Below, piece after piece: positions 50,101 to 63,185 of a stretch of 64,000 bases of DNA. The stretch comes from Haplodiscus bocki (Eukaryota). The translations under genes were made by a program, and so were the position numbers. Numbering within the stretch: position 1 is the first letter of the stretch; the number at the start of each line of letters is the position of its first letter. The stretch spans positions 83,514,001-83,578,000 of the forward strand of contig OZ296650.1 in assembly GCA_965655095.1 (NCBI GenBank). Direction: 5' to 3'. The notes below the pieces were generated by a model that had not been told where the DNA came from, made no database searches, and worked only from the letters and a program-made list of their open reading frames with translations.

Positions 50101-52129
50101 CTTCATAAAATTATAATAGTTTACAAAATTTTTCTACCAAAATGTTACTAAATAGTTAGAGAATCTTAAATTTTGATTATGGGGAATACTGAAAATCACT
50201 TTTCGCGACAACTACATGGTTCAAATATCTCATCAGGGTCTCAGTTGGCAGTCTTTCACTTGAACAAGACTTTGAAACAAAAAAAATCATCAATGTTTTT
50301 CTTTGCTTCCAACTAACAGGTCGAAAATGCCCAAAGCCTAATTTTAAATACAGACCTCGGTTTCGAACTCGTGGTATTTGAAAACTACCGGCTTGATTTT
50401 CTGCATCAAAAAATCAACCGAGAGAACTCTACCTAGAGAGGGCTAATCAAAAGAAAAATATCGGATACTATTCCTTCCATCGGAATACTGATACCGCAGA
50501 AAATTCAGAAAATACTAGTAATATAGACATATCTCCTCGATCAAATTCATTATTCTCAATAAAAATTGATTGGATTTCCTCCACCAACATTTCAACCATC
50601 AACTTTCTTATTGTGGTGTAAATTGATGAGAACGGTTTTTGACTTTTTTTCTTCAACGGAATCGTGATACCTGCTAAATGCCCAGAATTCCCCAAAGAAG
50701 TGACGTATCTCAACATTCAGGTCCATGTTTTTTTTAACACAACCTGCTTCACTCTAACTGCAAGGCTCTGAAGAAGAAAACTTTTTTGAAGAAGCACTTT
50801 TCAAAATCCTATCAAGTTTAGACGAGTTCAACGAAATCGATGCGAAGCCTCTTCCGACACCCACTTTGGACATTTCAGAAGCTTGTCGATAGGTTCTGTA
50901 CTTGCAGTCAAGAAAAAGAACCTTTTCGATAAGTTTAATAGCAAGAGAACGTTGATATTCGGGCAACTCTGAAGTTTTTCCCCAAATTCAGCACTATGTC
51001 TTCAAGAGAAGAAGCCTGAAGATGGCCTAGATTCTCCTTTTGTTAAAAAAGAGAATCCAGTCTTTGATCTAAAACAGTCGAAAAAAATTTTGACAATGTT
51101 TTTTGACGAAAGATTGTAATAACAAAGCTAATTTTGACGCAACAAAAATTCAAGTCAATTTTCAATTTTTCGGAGTGGTTACATCTGAAAACGATGGATG
51201 TTTTTTTAAAGTAAGATGGACGTTCAAAAGCGATAACTCTTTGTTTTTGAGTCTTGATTAGGAAGTTTTTCATCATATTATTGACAAAACAAATTTCAAG
51301 AAATGGATTTAATGGTCATTTCAAATTTTGTGAAACTCTAGTCCCATAGCGTTGAAGCAAAGACTGGAAATAAGGCTTATTTCGCCGTGAAAGAGGAAAA
51401 GTGCTCCATTGTTTCACACACACTCTGTTTCTGTTGCAATCCGAAAACTGTTTTGATACGTTTGCTTTGAAAAAATCTGAAATCAATCCAATTTGAAAAC
51501 TTCCTTGTGTTTTGGATTCATTCAAAATCCGTTAAAAACCGTGTTTTATTCAAATTTAGATGACACAATTACGTTGTTGTATTACGAAACTCTTGTTGCG
51601 AGCCAAGTATTGAGCCTTAGTACTTAAGTCTTTCTTTTTGATCCTGAGTCCTGAGAGGCCGCGAATATGTTTAAAATGTATTTAATAAATTTATTTAGGA
51701 TAACGAAGGCAGCTTTGTCCACAACTACAAATTTAAAATATTTCATCAATGGCTCGAGCAGCAGCTTTGTACTCAAGGAGAACCATTCATTAGAAGAACC
51801 TTGTTTTTTGACATCTGCATCGGAAAGTTGAAGGTCCAAAACGCCAGAAACTGATAATATCGTTTTCTCATGATAGGCCGAAAATGTTGAAAAGAGCAAT
51901 TGGTACTGTTAATTTGACAATGTTCAAACTCATAGTTTTCTAAAGCTCTTCAGCGATATAACACCTGTTGAACAAGTTTGAAGAAACTTTTTTTAAAAAA
52001 AATACAAACATATCTAAAGTTTAGAATCAAATGAGAAAATTAAGGCTTGAATTATTCGGACAAGTTTTCAATCCACAACTTTCTCTTTTTTTTTCAAAAA
52101 CCTGGTGGGAACCAATCGTTATATGTTCA

Positions 52130-53450
52130 ATCAATCACTTCTATACACCTTTTTTAATGAAAATCATTGCAGTATGACTGCGTACTTTATAATACATCCT
52201 CTCAGGTTATTCCGGTCTTCAATGGTTCTCACGGCAAAGATTCAGTTGTGACTGTCTCTACTGGATGCTTCACCGGATTTTTCCAAGAACTCCTCCGATT
52301 GAATTTGAGGAAGTGCTTTGTGACTCTTCTGTTGGAGATTTTTTTAAAAGTTCTTTGAGTTTCTCAGTCATGTTTCCACGCCTTCTCTCTTTGCGCTCAA
52401 GTGTGATTAATTTCAACGCTTTGGGTCTCACTGTGCACAGCAGTTTTGAAATTCCCTCCACTCATTTTGTCGCGCTTCTGTAAGCAATTTCTAATAGGTT
52501 TGTTTTCTTGACAAATGTTGGATCCCACGTCACAACAATCGAAATGCGCCCCAATTTAGTGTTTCCTAGATGATTTGAAGACCTGGCTGGCTTGTTTTCT
52601 GGAATGTCTTTCAAGTTACAGAAGTTGCTAAACTGGCATTTTTGACTTCGTCTTTCACGAGATTTCTGAAGTTTAGCTTGTCATCAGTAATTACTTTCAC
52701 AGTTTTATGTGGCGTCGCAATTCTCATCGAGCTTCTAGAAAGAGAATAAACTCTTTCATTAGACTGGAATTCGAGCGTACACACATTTTGACACTCGTCT
52801 CAAGGCTTAACGTTAGTAGATTGCTTGCTGTCTACTCTTCATTTTTACTTAATTCAGTCCCGACTATTTGCTAATCCAATGCGTTCTGAACACTTCTCAA
52901 AAATTTGGTATCTTCAGCAAATAGGTAGATTTCTGGTTCGTCATCGAAGATAGTGAGGTTATGAAGTTTGCGGACCGTTTGGGTCCGAATACTGATTGTT
53001 GTGGGATCCCGCTTATAACATCGTTCCACTCCATTGTTAGTCCATCATTGACAACTGTTTTCTCTTTCTATTAGGAAAGTCTTTTATCCAGTCAATGAAG
53101 GTCCCAATGATCACGTACTGCTGAGAAACATTCACTTTTCACTCAAGAGGTGCTGTATCCCATCCCTCCGCAAAACCTCATTAAATCATCACCTGAAGCA
53201 TCTGTTGCTGCCTAGATCTTTTGGAAAGAATCGAATTGCCTATAATTTGAGAACTTCCTTTTTAACACGACCTCCATCATTTTTTTCTGAGGTGATGCTC
53301 CATTAATTTGTAGCAAAGTGGATTGAGATGAACAGGCCTGTGATTGCTGGACTCCAAATTGAAAGAGGAGATAATGCCCAACCAATACATCTGGATTCAA
53401 ATGATTGTAGCACCTGGAAAGTTTCTGACAGAAACGTTTCAACGAGGAAC
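52130..53450 (-). pseudogene. Non-LTR (CR1/L2-clade) LINE reverse transcriptase and C-terminal relic
   Basis: IDWIKDF..R, VISGIPQQSVFGP (SGVPQGSVLGP), IYLFAEDTK (YADD), VITDDKLNF, ALKLITLERKERRRGNM (L..LE.RR.RGD), FAVRTIEDRNNL (F..R....WN.L). Confidence 0.85.
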
Positions 53451-55190
53451 GTTCTGGGGATTTTTGATGCTGCGACTGAGAACTAAGAACACAAGGAAAA
53501 GAAGCTCAAAGCTACTGCAACTTAAAAGAATCAGTACTTATTGAAAATTCTATAGAAGTTTCAATGTGAAAACTAGTTCTCAGACTAATGAAAGACCTAC
53601 AGGAAGTATATCGACTGTATTGAAATCACTTGGAACAATTTTTTTCGATGTTTTCCAGTTTCAAATACGAATCTTCGGAAATCGGGTTGGAATGCGACCT
53701 GGAATATCATTCTATAGAAATCAGCGATTACTGAAAACTTTGTTTCTTTGATTACCGATCTGATCGTCAATGCCCACATTGTACTTAGAACCAGAAGCAA
53801 CGGTAAGCATAATGTAAATCGATTTTGTTTTTTTTGTTAAAAAAAAAACATTTTCAAGACTCTCACTAATCCTTTTGAAAATAGTTTTGATGAAAAACTT
53901 TTTGTGAGTGTTCAGGTTGTTATCACTACGGGCAACATGGCCACAGGATGACTCCATTTTATCAAATAAATGCAAGATTTTCAAGAGTAGTCCACGGAAT
54001 GAGTTTGCAATGAATTAGGTAAAATAGTTAGGCGAAGGATACTTAAGTAACGACCTTCAAGAATGAACAAAAATAACACTATTTTTTTTAAAATTACATC
54101 CAGGTTCTTTTCCGTTTTTAGCGGGATCGTGTTATGAGCCTTAGACAAGGTCGGGCTTGAGTTTTGAGTGACATCTCTATACTGGACAACTAGAGTGGGG
54201 AAATTAGTTCTCTGTAATACTATAGTAAAACACACCAGTAATTAAAAGTATAAAATTGGTAAAATCAAAACTACAAAACTTATATACGGCTATCTCCAGT
54301 TATGAGTTGCTCAGAGTTTGCTCATAAGTTTCTGTCACGAATAGCTGCTCATAACACCGAGTAAAAATACCAATGGCCAATTCAAGTCAAATTGATTCTT
54401 TACGGCAGCTGTTGTACTGAGCCACAAAGGCCGAGTCTTCACAAGAACACGGTGATTGAACAAGGCCGGATTAATTCCTGAGCATTGCAATTTCGTCAGT
54501 TCTGTATTCTTTATCCAACATGGAGTCTTTCTCGGCTGTTGTTGTTTTCAGTTCTTTTGATATTAAAAGCGTTGCCGTTGACGCTCCAAGAGGAGCAATT
54601 TAGGGATTTCCCTCAAAAGTTTGCCAAAAATTAACACAAAAAGTTCGGCAATTAAATTGTAGATCAACGGGTTTGTTTTAAATACATGTATGGAGTACAG
54701 AAATGACTTTCAAAATTGTTCTGTTCCCAGTTTTTCGAAAACATTCTTTGAAACTGACGAAAGCCAATCCTCTTTGATGGTCTAGGGTTCATGTAAAAGA
54801 TTCAAGATTGGGACTCGGTAATGGTTATTATACGTTGTGGCAAGTGCCGGTCAAAAGGTATTTTGAGACCAACTGTAACAAGGTCGACTTCGGTATTAAT
54901 ATATGGAATTTCTTCATTTTGATTGGTTTTTTATTTTGTCGTCAGGGTTACTTGAGAACGGTTGATAATAAGTTCAATAAGTTCAGTGACCTTCCAGCTT
55001 TCATTTTTGGGCTTCTTGAGTGATATCCAATATCAAGAGAAATTCAGAAATTCTTGTCTCGCATAAAGGAAAATATTACGCAATTGTAGAAATCTAGGGC
55101 CTAATACTGGGGTCATTAGATTTCTCAGGAGAATGAAGTTTTCATAGTTTTCAGTGTCTACGACTTGAGCTTCTAAGTGTACTTTTGCAA

Positions 55191-55265
55191 CTAGTGTTCG
55201 GCGGTTAACCGAGCCGAACCGAAAACCGAACCAATTAATCAAAAACCGGACCGAACCGACGTTCA
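55191..55265. repeat. AACCG-rich fragment, probable DNA-transposon end
   Basis: ccgagccgaaccgaaaaccgaacc...accggaccgaaccg. Confidence 0.35.
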
Positions 55266-55499
55266 GAATCAAAACTGACAATTTCAGTTTTTAACAATTT
55301 TTCAGCGATAGTCGAGTTTGGCTAATTTTTAGAGACTAATCCCAATCACCCAGTGACAATTACTCACAGCTGTTGAAGAAGGATGGAAATTTATCTCGTA
55401 GAAAAAAATTGATGCTTCACACCGAAGCAATCTCACTTTGGAAAACCGCAGGCTGTAAGGGAACGCTTACCACAAAGAAAAAAGTTCTGCTAGGGTAAA

Positions 55500-57000
55500 A
55501 AATTTTTTCTAGCTCCTGAAAGTGAACCGAACGGATGCCAAACCGATTTTTCACGAACCGCCAAACACTATTTGCAACCATAATTTGGAAGATTAGTTTG
55601 AGATCTTCTTTGGTGATGCATTTGATGACTTGGTAAGTATTTTTCTTGAGATTTATCCCAGGCGTGGAACGGGAAGATGCACGTGTGTCAATGAGGCCAT
55701 CATAGGAAAATTCACGTTTATTTATCAGCATCCATTAGAAATTTAAACATTTGGATTTTTAGTTTTAGTGGTAAGTTCGGTGTTAAAGGTAATTGTTGTT
55801 GTTGCCTGTTTGGTGCAGATTTTATTCGAAGAAGTGAAACGGCCTGTCAAAAAATTTCTAAGTTTTCAGGACTTCTCGATATGTTGATCACATTTGTTTG
55901 AAAAAGTGGACAAATTTCCAATCTGTGTAAGTGTCTTGATACAATAATCGTGCTGCGTTTAAATGCTGTCTATATCGGTCGCGTTTTTGATGAAATGACT
56001 GAAGATTACTGAGAACTGGCGTTTGCTTCATCGTATTTTCCATATTCAACTTTTGGTTGTCGGTTTGTCCAACTTATGTACTAATTCCCATTTTGTCGAT
56101 CATAGATGTAATCATCTTACAATGGGGTCCTGTTCATATGGTCATTCTTGGTAGCATGGGTCAAAATCTGATTTCGGTAAGGATCTGAAGTCACTTTTAT
56201 GTGAGTTCAAAGGTTAGCCCGCAGCCCGGTAGTTTTCCTAATTTTCTGTTAATTTGTATGTAGTTACGATTGCCAGTTCCATTTATTGATGCCAAACGGA
56301 CGTCGGGATGCCTTCATAAAAAGTTGCAATTCAATTGTAATAAACTGGTGTTGGTTCAAATATCACTTACTCCCGCAACAATGTGATGGAAGCACATTGC
56401 AGTCGTGGCCTTTTTACTTGAAACTTTCTCATTGTTTGATACTAGGAAAATTTTGAGTCGATGTCTGTCACTTCGATTTTTAGGTGTTAAGCACACAAGG
56501 GAATCTTTATGGTCTGTTTGCGTATTCCGGTTGAAAAGCTTCTGGCAACTAGGTGGTTAATTTTTTGTCGTAATCTACAAGTTGGGAATGTTTTAGAACA
56601 CCCTGTCTTAGAGCTCTTCTCGGATATTGTGTCGGACATTTGCTTCTTTTTGAGGACATTTTCTGCAGTCGTTCTGCAAATGACTTGCCGTTTTGTGGAA
56701 GGTGCAATCGCTTTCATTGTTCTGTGGATTGTTATTTTTCATTGTGATATGCAGACTTTGGTGTAGGCACAGGTAGTGCGTCTCTGTTTTCAAATCCATT
56801 GAATTCTGTTTTTTATTCGTAAATTCGGCGTTTTCGTCGTTCTCACTCTACGTTCCCTTCTTTACATAAGCTCTCTTCAGCTATCCCTTGTGATGAAGAG
56901 GGAGCATCGAGTAAAATAGGATGTCATTCATTTAATTGGCATTAGATCTGAATACAAATTCTGTTCCCTGTTTTACTTCTGCCACAACAGCGAGCAGATT
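55500..57000 (-). pseudogene. Second minus-strand Gypsy gag-protease relic
   Basis: DGLIDTRASS (LIDTGA) ... FQIMVAN (protease flap) in ORF 55417-55731; gag-like frames upstream; possible decayed tRNA-Tyr PBS near 57652-57670. Confidence 0.6.
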
Positions 57001-58339
57001 TTTGATAAAAGAATGAGTGACCAATTGATGCCTTATATGTTTTGCCCTTAACTAGCTTTGACCGAGGGGCGTTTGACGATAACAATGACATCTTTAGCGT
57101 TTGCGTACTAACTGAAGTGATGCTTAAATCTAAAGCGCATCTTCTGCAAAGTGTGCGAGGCAGTTATTTGTTATTCTCGGCCGTATCATTGGTGGTTGCA
57201 TTTGCAGCGCTGTTTAGGTTAGTTCATCAAAAAGTTCGATTTTTTCCATTCCTTCCATCAAATGTGGAAGTTTGTATATTGAATGAGCTCATAAATACCG
57301 TGGCTGCTTGTGTCAGCTGTGGAGATGCAGTCCCGGCAAAGGCATTTGATATAATGTATCAGTAGAGTTGTTGTGATTATTGTGGTAGCATTGTGGCATC
57401 CTCTAAAAAATTGTTGCTAAATTTCAGTACACATTTTGTATATAATTATTGGCTGAAGTTCACATTGTGTGAGAATGCCTCCTGTAAAAAATCGAAGAGT
57501 TTTTACTGTGGGGCACATTATTGTCCTGTGATCTTGTGAATGGGGCCCTCGTACCGAAGATTAATTACATTGCAAGAGTTGTTGAGTCGTCTTGAGCATA
57601 AGTGTCCTCGGCTTGCGACCCAACTTTTTCATGGTCAACTTGGTTCAAAACGTTCCGCTCGAAGTGGCAAATTTTTGGGCAATCCAGAGTCCCTCATTTC
57701 AAAATTTTGACTGTCATACCCGAATCGCATGAGAAAAATATGAGATATTTACATATCCCTAAACTTACAATATTTTACATATGAATAACCATTACTACTA
57801 TTAAAATCTATATCTAATTGCAAGTTCTGTAGCCACAAATCAGTGGAGAGCCTAAATTCAACTATGTAGCAGTAAGTACTTTCCCACCTGTCATAAACCA
57901 GACAATGTAATTTTTAAACAACCATATGTTTCATCTAGAAAGGAATGCTGGGCGTATAAAGGTATCTTATCCATCGAACACCAAAGTGCTGGAATATATC
58001 AGTGCCATATTCCGAAGATGGCTCAATTACAGTATAACTTGAATAAAAAACCTGGTAAGCTCCAACCGGAATACATAACGCCACTACAAGTCCCCTCTTT
58101 AGTGGCCAAACACACAGAACAATAAGTGAGCTTGGTTACATTTTCAATGAAAAACATCCGTTCGAAGTTTTCACCCCATTGGTCTGTTCTGAGAAGCAAA
58201 AACTTAATTCTCATCGAAAAGAGAACTTTCACGAGTGTAGAAACCAATGACGAAAAAATCAATGGTCTATGTAAAACTCATTGGTTCACATCTGAGTTGT
58301 GTAAATTATTCAGAGTGCTGTAATAACTATTCGAAGTTC

Positions 58340-59620
58340 GAACGGTTTTCATCCAAGTGATGAAAACCGTCCGTATTGACAAGTGCATTGAAATTTGGGT
58401 TCAACGGGATCCAACAGAAGGATAAAAACCACAATGATTAACACTCCTAGCGATAAAATATTTCATGGGTTTTCATCCAAAAGATAAAAAATACGACCCG
58501 AACATAGTTGATAATTTTGAAATCCAACAAGTTTCATCAAAAGCAGTGTAAAGATCAAATTAAAAGCCTAAAGAACGAAATAAACTGGCTATAACGATGT
58601 AACTGAACTGCAACATTATTGAATTACATCGGACTCTATTAAGCTTAACGAACAGACACACATTAGTCATGTATTAGTAACCATAACACATCAGAACATT
58701 ATAACTGGGCAAAATGATGAATTTTGATGAACAATTGAATAATAAAACAGTCCGAATCAGCACAATACTGAAACATAGCCACATTAGAAGCAATGAAATA
58801 TCTTACAGATTTTGAATTTCGACCCAAGTAATCATTTTCCGGATTTACGTGCTGTGTTTCGAAAACTTTACGCCCTTTTGAAAGTATATAAACCTATTGT
58901 GCTATTGTTTCATAAATATCATGTCTCATGAAGGTAGCCGACACGGTGGATTTGCATTCACATACTGAATAATTAATTAGCGCAACAACTATCTAGTCGA
59001 TGACAATAATAGCGTTTTACAATCGGTCACGTGACGACTCAAATCCACCAATAACAATCGCAAATTTGGCGCACTCAGTTGAACAAACAGCATTTTAAAA
59101 GTCAGCCGAGTTGGAACCACTCTCTCGAAACAATCACATTACGAGCTACAGCTAGAAAACTTCAATTGTAATTTTCATTAATCTTACCTTCGCTGAACCC
59201 ATTAATCCATTTTGTAAAATAGACATACCTTGGATTTCATAATCCATCGTAATAAAATCCATCTGGAATTATCAAATATTTTAATCTTGAAACTTATTGG
59301 TAATCTGTTGACTCAAAACGCTTGTTAAAAAACGGAAAGAGGTGCGACACCGAAAGTAACATCAACACTAGTGAAATTAACTGCAAAGAAATAGCCCCAT
59401 CATGAGTGCCCGGGATCGCAACGTTTACGACGAGCCTGAAGCGCAAGCGTTGACTCAGGAAGAAGTAATTGAGCAAAGAGGAAATCACATTGTCCCACTG
59501 ACTAAACAATTAGAGGACTTGAGTCAGTTGATTCAGGGAATGACGACCGCTCAACAGCCTAGCTTTTACCGTAGGGCTGGTGTCAGCGCTAGATTTAGCA
59601 CAGCCAGGTATCAGTCTGAC
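58340..59620 (+). repeat. Probable solo LTR with terminal short ORF
   Basis: ORF 59402 (HIVPLTKQLEDLSQLIQGM) resembles the LTR-end ORF at 3150 (SLSIQLGKLIQSV); GTCACGTGAC motif; ends TCTGAC. Boundaries are uncertain. Confidence 0.3.
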
Positions 59621-59845
59621 CTTGACCATCGCGTTAAGGGTCGACCATGTGCGTTCTCTGCTGGCTATTGGTTTTTGTAGACATTCAACAGACAAAATTA
59701 TTAACTCGTAATTGGTAGTTTTTTGCTAAGTACTCCTATTTATGCTAAAAACGCTTTTAACAGAACAAAGAGATTGACTCTATTTTTGTTACAACGGCGT
59801 TGAATATACTGGGGGTGAAATTCACGTGGAGCGAAGTAAATGTGT

Positions 59846-59886
59846 GGTGAATTAAATAAATGTGTGGCGAAATAAATGTGTGGTGA
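59846..59886. repeat. Short tandem repeat (aataaatgtgtggYg) x3
   Basis: Direct reading of the sequence. Confidence 0.6.
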
Positions 59887-60025
59887 GCCAATGTGGATCC
59901 AAGAAAACTTCGGGTTGAACTTTTATTAAGGAAGCGTTTTGAAAAACCACGTGATCAGAAAATGGGCAACTAGTGATTAGCAGCTAGCGGAACGCCACAA
60001 TTCGTATCATAACACCAAATGGTGG

Positions 60026-60806
60026 CCCGGGTGACCTGACATGCAAATCATACTATCACTATAAACTGCCACACAAAAAAAACAACCTATGGTAATGCCA
60101 TTAGTTTCCTGTTTTTTTCCATGGTCATAGTATGGAAATTCGGTCAGTTATAAACTTGTATGGCCAGTTAATAATTTTTATGGTACTTTGTATGGTCATC
60201 GAATAATTTTCATATTTTCCTTGGAATTTTTTTGACAACTAACTTACAATTGCTCATTCACATATTTTCGAGTAATTCAGACGTCTTGAAAACTTCAAGA
60301 TATGCCAATAGAAATGCCCATCAACAACTTTCAGAGCTTAACTTTTTGTGTTTTTGGTAGGAAAAAAGTTATAGCTTGGTCCTCGTTTGGCCAACACTAC
60401 GTCACTGTAGACTATACTTTTCGCAAATGGGATTTCACAAGATCTCTTTTTTAATTCTAGGCTACCGAATATTAAAGTAAATGGTATTTAATATGTTCCC
60501 CACTCATATGATTGCCAGAAATTTCGAACTTCACACTTTAATCTAATGTTTTCCGTAGTTCGACTCAAATTTTTGTGCACTAGAATACGTTATCATAATC
60601 TAAAAAAATCGCGCATGCTTTTCCATGCACTGGCCATACTATGGTACACTGCATGACTTGCATGGAATCATACTACATTATGGTCTTTTTATGACTTGCA
60701 TGTTACCAGAGACCTCTATGACACTTTATGTGACTTGAATGTTTCCATAGATCACCATATATGACTTTCTATGATTTCCATGTCTTTGTATGGTGGTAAA
60801 CTCGGG
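60026..60806. mobile_element. CCC...GGG-ended non-autonomous TIR element with ATGG/CATG-rich subterminal repeats
   Basis: Left CCCGGGTGACCTGACATGCAAA vs reverse complement of right end CCCGAGTTTACCACCATACAAA; tatgg/catgac repeats in both arms. Confidence 0.5.
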
Positions 60807-62570
60807 TGTATTTATACCACCATATCTGCTAAGATATGAATTGTTTCTTGACAAGCTTATTGGCAATATTTTTTTACGGTGAACTCAATTCGACTACATT
60901 ATAATATCTTCGAATTGAGTGTTCAGCAAAAATAAAAACAAATAATGTTGCCAACAAACTTCGCTCAAATCGTTGCTCCATTCGCTCATGTAAAATGTAA
61001 TTCACCTTTTGTCTTTAAATTGTAAAATTACGGGCATGACTACTGTTCAGAAGATTTTGCATTCTTCGCTTAAGTCAATCGACAGTGAGTCAATCAACAA
61101 TGCGCAATTAACGACCTTCAAGAAGAAAGCCCGATAACTGGAAGTTATTCGAATATCGAAGACTTTTTCTGAGAAATTAAAGGATGCAAACGCTCCTGGC
61201 GTACCACTTGAAACAAATAAAAACAAGAACTGGTAATTAAGCGCCGCATTCGAACTGCAATGTTGGAAGAAATTATAATTAAAATTCAACTTGCTCGTTT
61301 TTCAATGGTATACCCCAAAGAAAAACGAGGAAGTTGAATTTTTCTCATTGTTCTAATAACAAATGAAAATAACTCAATGATAAAGTTTTAGAAGAGGCAA
61401 CCCTGATCGTTCCGCAGAGTCAAAGCAATTTGTCGAATTAGCAGTGGATGGTAGCCATCTGAATTCTCGTTGTTCAGAAATACACGTTTTCAAAAACTCG
61501 CAACTAAAATAATTTCGGACATTCCTTTGAAGGTTTGGAATATTTCGCCGAGAAAATAAAAATGAGGCAACCCCAGTCAATTTGTATGTCTTCCCAGGTT
61601 GATGTCTCAGAGACATTCAGATCTGATCAGCTCTGATTCAGAAGTACAGTATTGTTTTAAAAGAATGGAGCTCCTATGCATAAATTGAACAACTTTATCT
61701 CCGAGACCATCCGAAAAGGTTACTTTTGGAGGAAAATTTCGTAAATTTATATCTAATTTTCAATCAGTTTTGTTTCAAAATTTTTCGACCAACATAGCAA
61801 AAGTTTAAAAAAGTCATTTTTGGACAACTTTAAATAAATTTTGGGTATCTTTCATTTTCAAAAGCCTTAAGAAACAACCTTTGGGACACATTTTGTACGG
61901 AACTGTTCCCCTTGATATCCTGAAACCATCAACACGCTTAGTTTTCGAAAATATTTCCAATTTCTCGTAAAAAGGCTGTCTTAGAATTTTGATTTTTGAA
62001 GTTACATGTATTAAGATAGGTTTTAAGAAATGTATTTTGAAAATTTGCGATATCTATTTATGTTCAAAATATTTCCTTAATCGAAATATTCCGCATGATT
62101 TAAGAATTTCTGGGGATTTTTTGTGGTATATAAGTTCTCGCAAAAATTTTTCAAACTTAGTCAAACTTCGCAAAAATGGCAGGGATCACAAAAATTGGCA
62201 AACATTAACCAATGAGATTGCGATTTGAAAGCAAATAACGAGATACTCATGGCTAAATATAGTCTGTGAACGCTTTTAAGCTCATTTCGTTTAAAATACT
62301 ACTGTACACCATATCGACTAAAGCAATCGTATCTTTCAACTTTTCAGTCAGTGGGGAGACTGTCGTATGTGAAATGAAGTTTAGTGCGAATTCAACAACC
62401 CAAATCCATACAGAAGACTGAGCTTTTCGCTGAAGCTTTCAAACGGGGAGAAAACGCTTATCAATTAAACCTCAACCATTATGCTGGTAACTATTACCCT
62501 CCAATATAATCTGGTCCAACAGGAGTAGTAAGAGTGAGCGTCAATCAGGTGGGGTAGGTGGAGGTCCCTC

Positions 62571-62900
62571 CATGTATTAAGATATGGTATAGACCCTGGA
62601 TCCCGAGAAGGAACCTCCACCTAGGTATTAAGATAGGCTACAGCTCGGCAATATACTAGGATAGGGTATGGCTTCCCCAATGTATTAAGATAAGGTATAG
62701 TTCAATAATGTATTGAGATAAGGTATAGTTCGGCAATGTATTAAGATAGGGTAAAATTCGGCGATGTATTGAGATGCGTTACATTTCGGCATTGTATTAG
62801 GATAGGCTATAATTCGTCAATGTATTAAGATAGAGGGTTGGAGTCAATGTATTACGATAGGCTGTGAGTTGAGTCAAGGTATGAAGATAGGGTGAAAGTA
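62571..62900 (+). repeat. 28-bp tandem repeat in Polinton 2 TIR (~11 copies, AATGTATTAAGATAGGGTATAGTTCGGC)
   Basis: Direct reading; head-to-tail units without unique spacers. Confidence 0.9.
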
Positions 62901-63185
62901 TAAAGGTAGCGATTGGGCTCATTTTCGGCAATGTGACACACTTTCGAAAAAAATTCTGTACTGTTTTTTTCCTGCACCCCCACCCACGCGGAAAAGTATT
63001 ACCATGCGGTCTTATTATGACGCCTGCGGTTAGTTTATGACGCCTACGGACACTGTTTCAACCAAATGGTATGTGAAAAGATTGCAATAGAATTGAAAAA
63101 ATTAAATAGTGACTACAAAGGGTAAGAAAACATATAATTTTGGAATCTTACAAACACTGAAGCATTACATTGAACTGAATAATTT

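Noticed and set aside
57828-58100. Short TGTAG...CTACA LTR with a minus-strand PPT (AAAGAGGGGAC)
   Set aside because: No second copy in the window, and the PPT placement is inconsistent with the adjacent gag; cannot be supported.
62571-62900. CRISPR-like array
   Set aside because: Head-to-tail 28-bp units with no unique spacers, no cas genes, eukaryotic context, and located inside a Polinton TIR.
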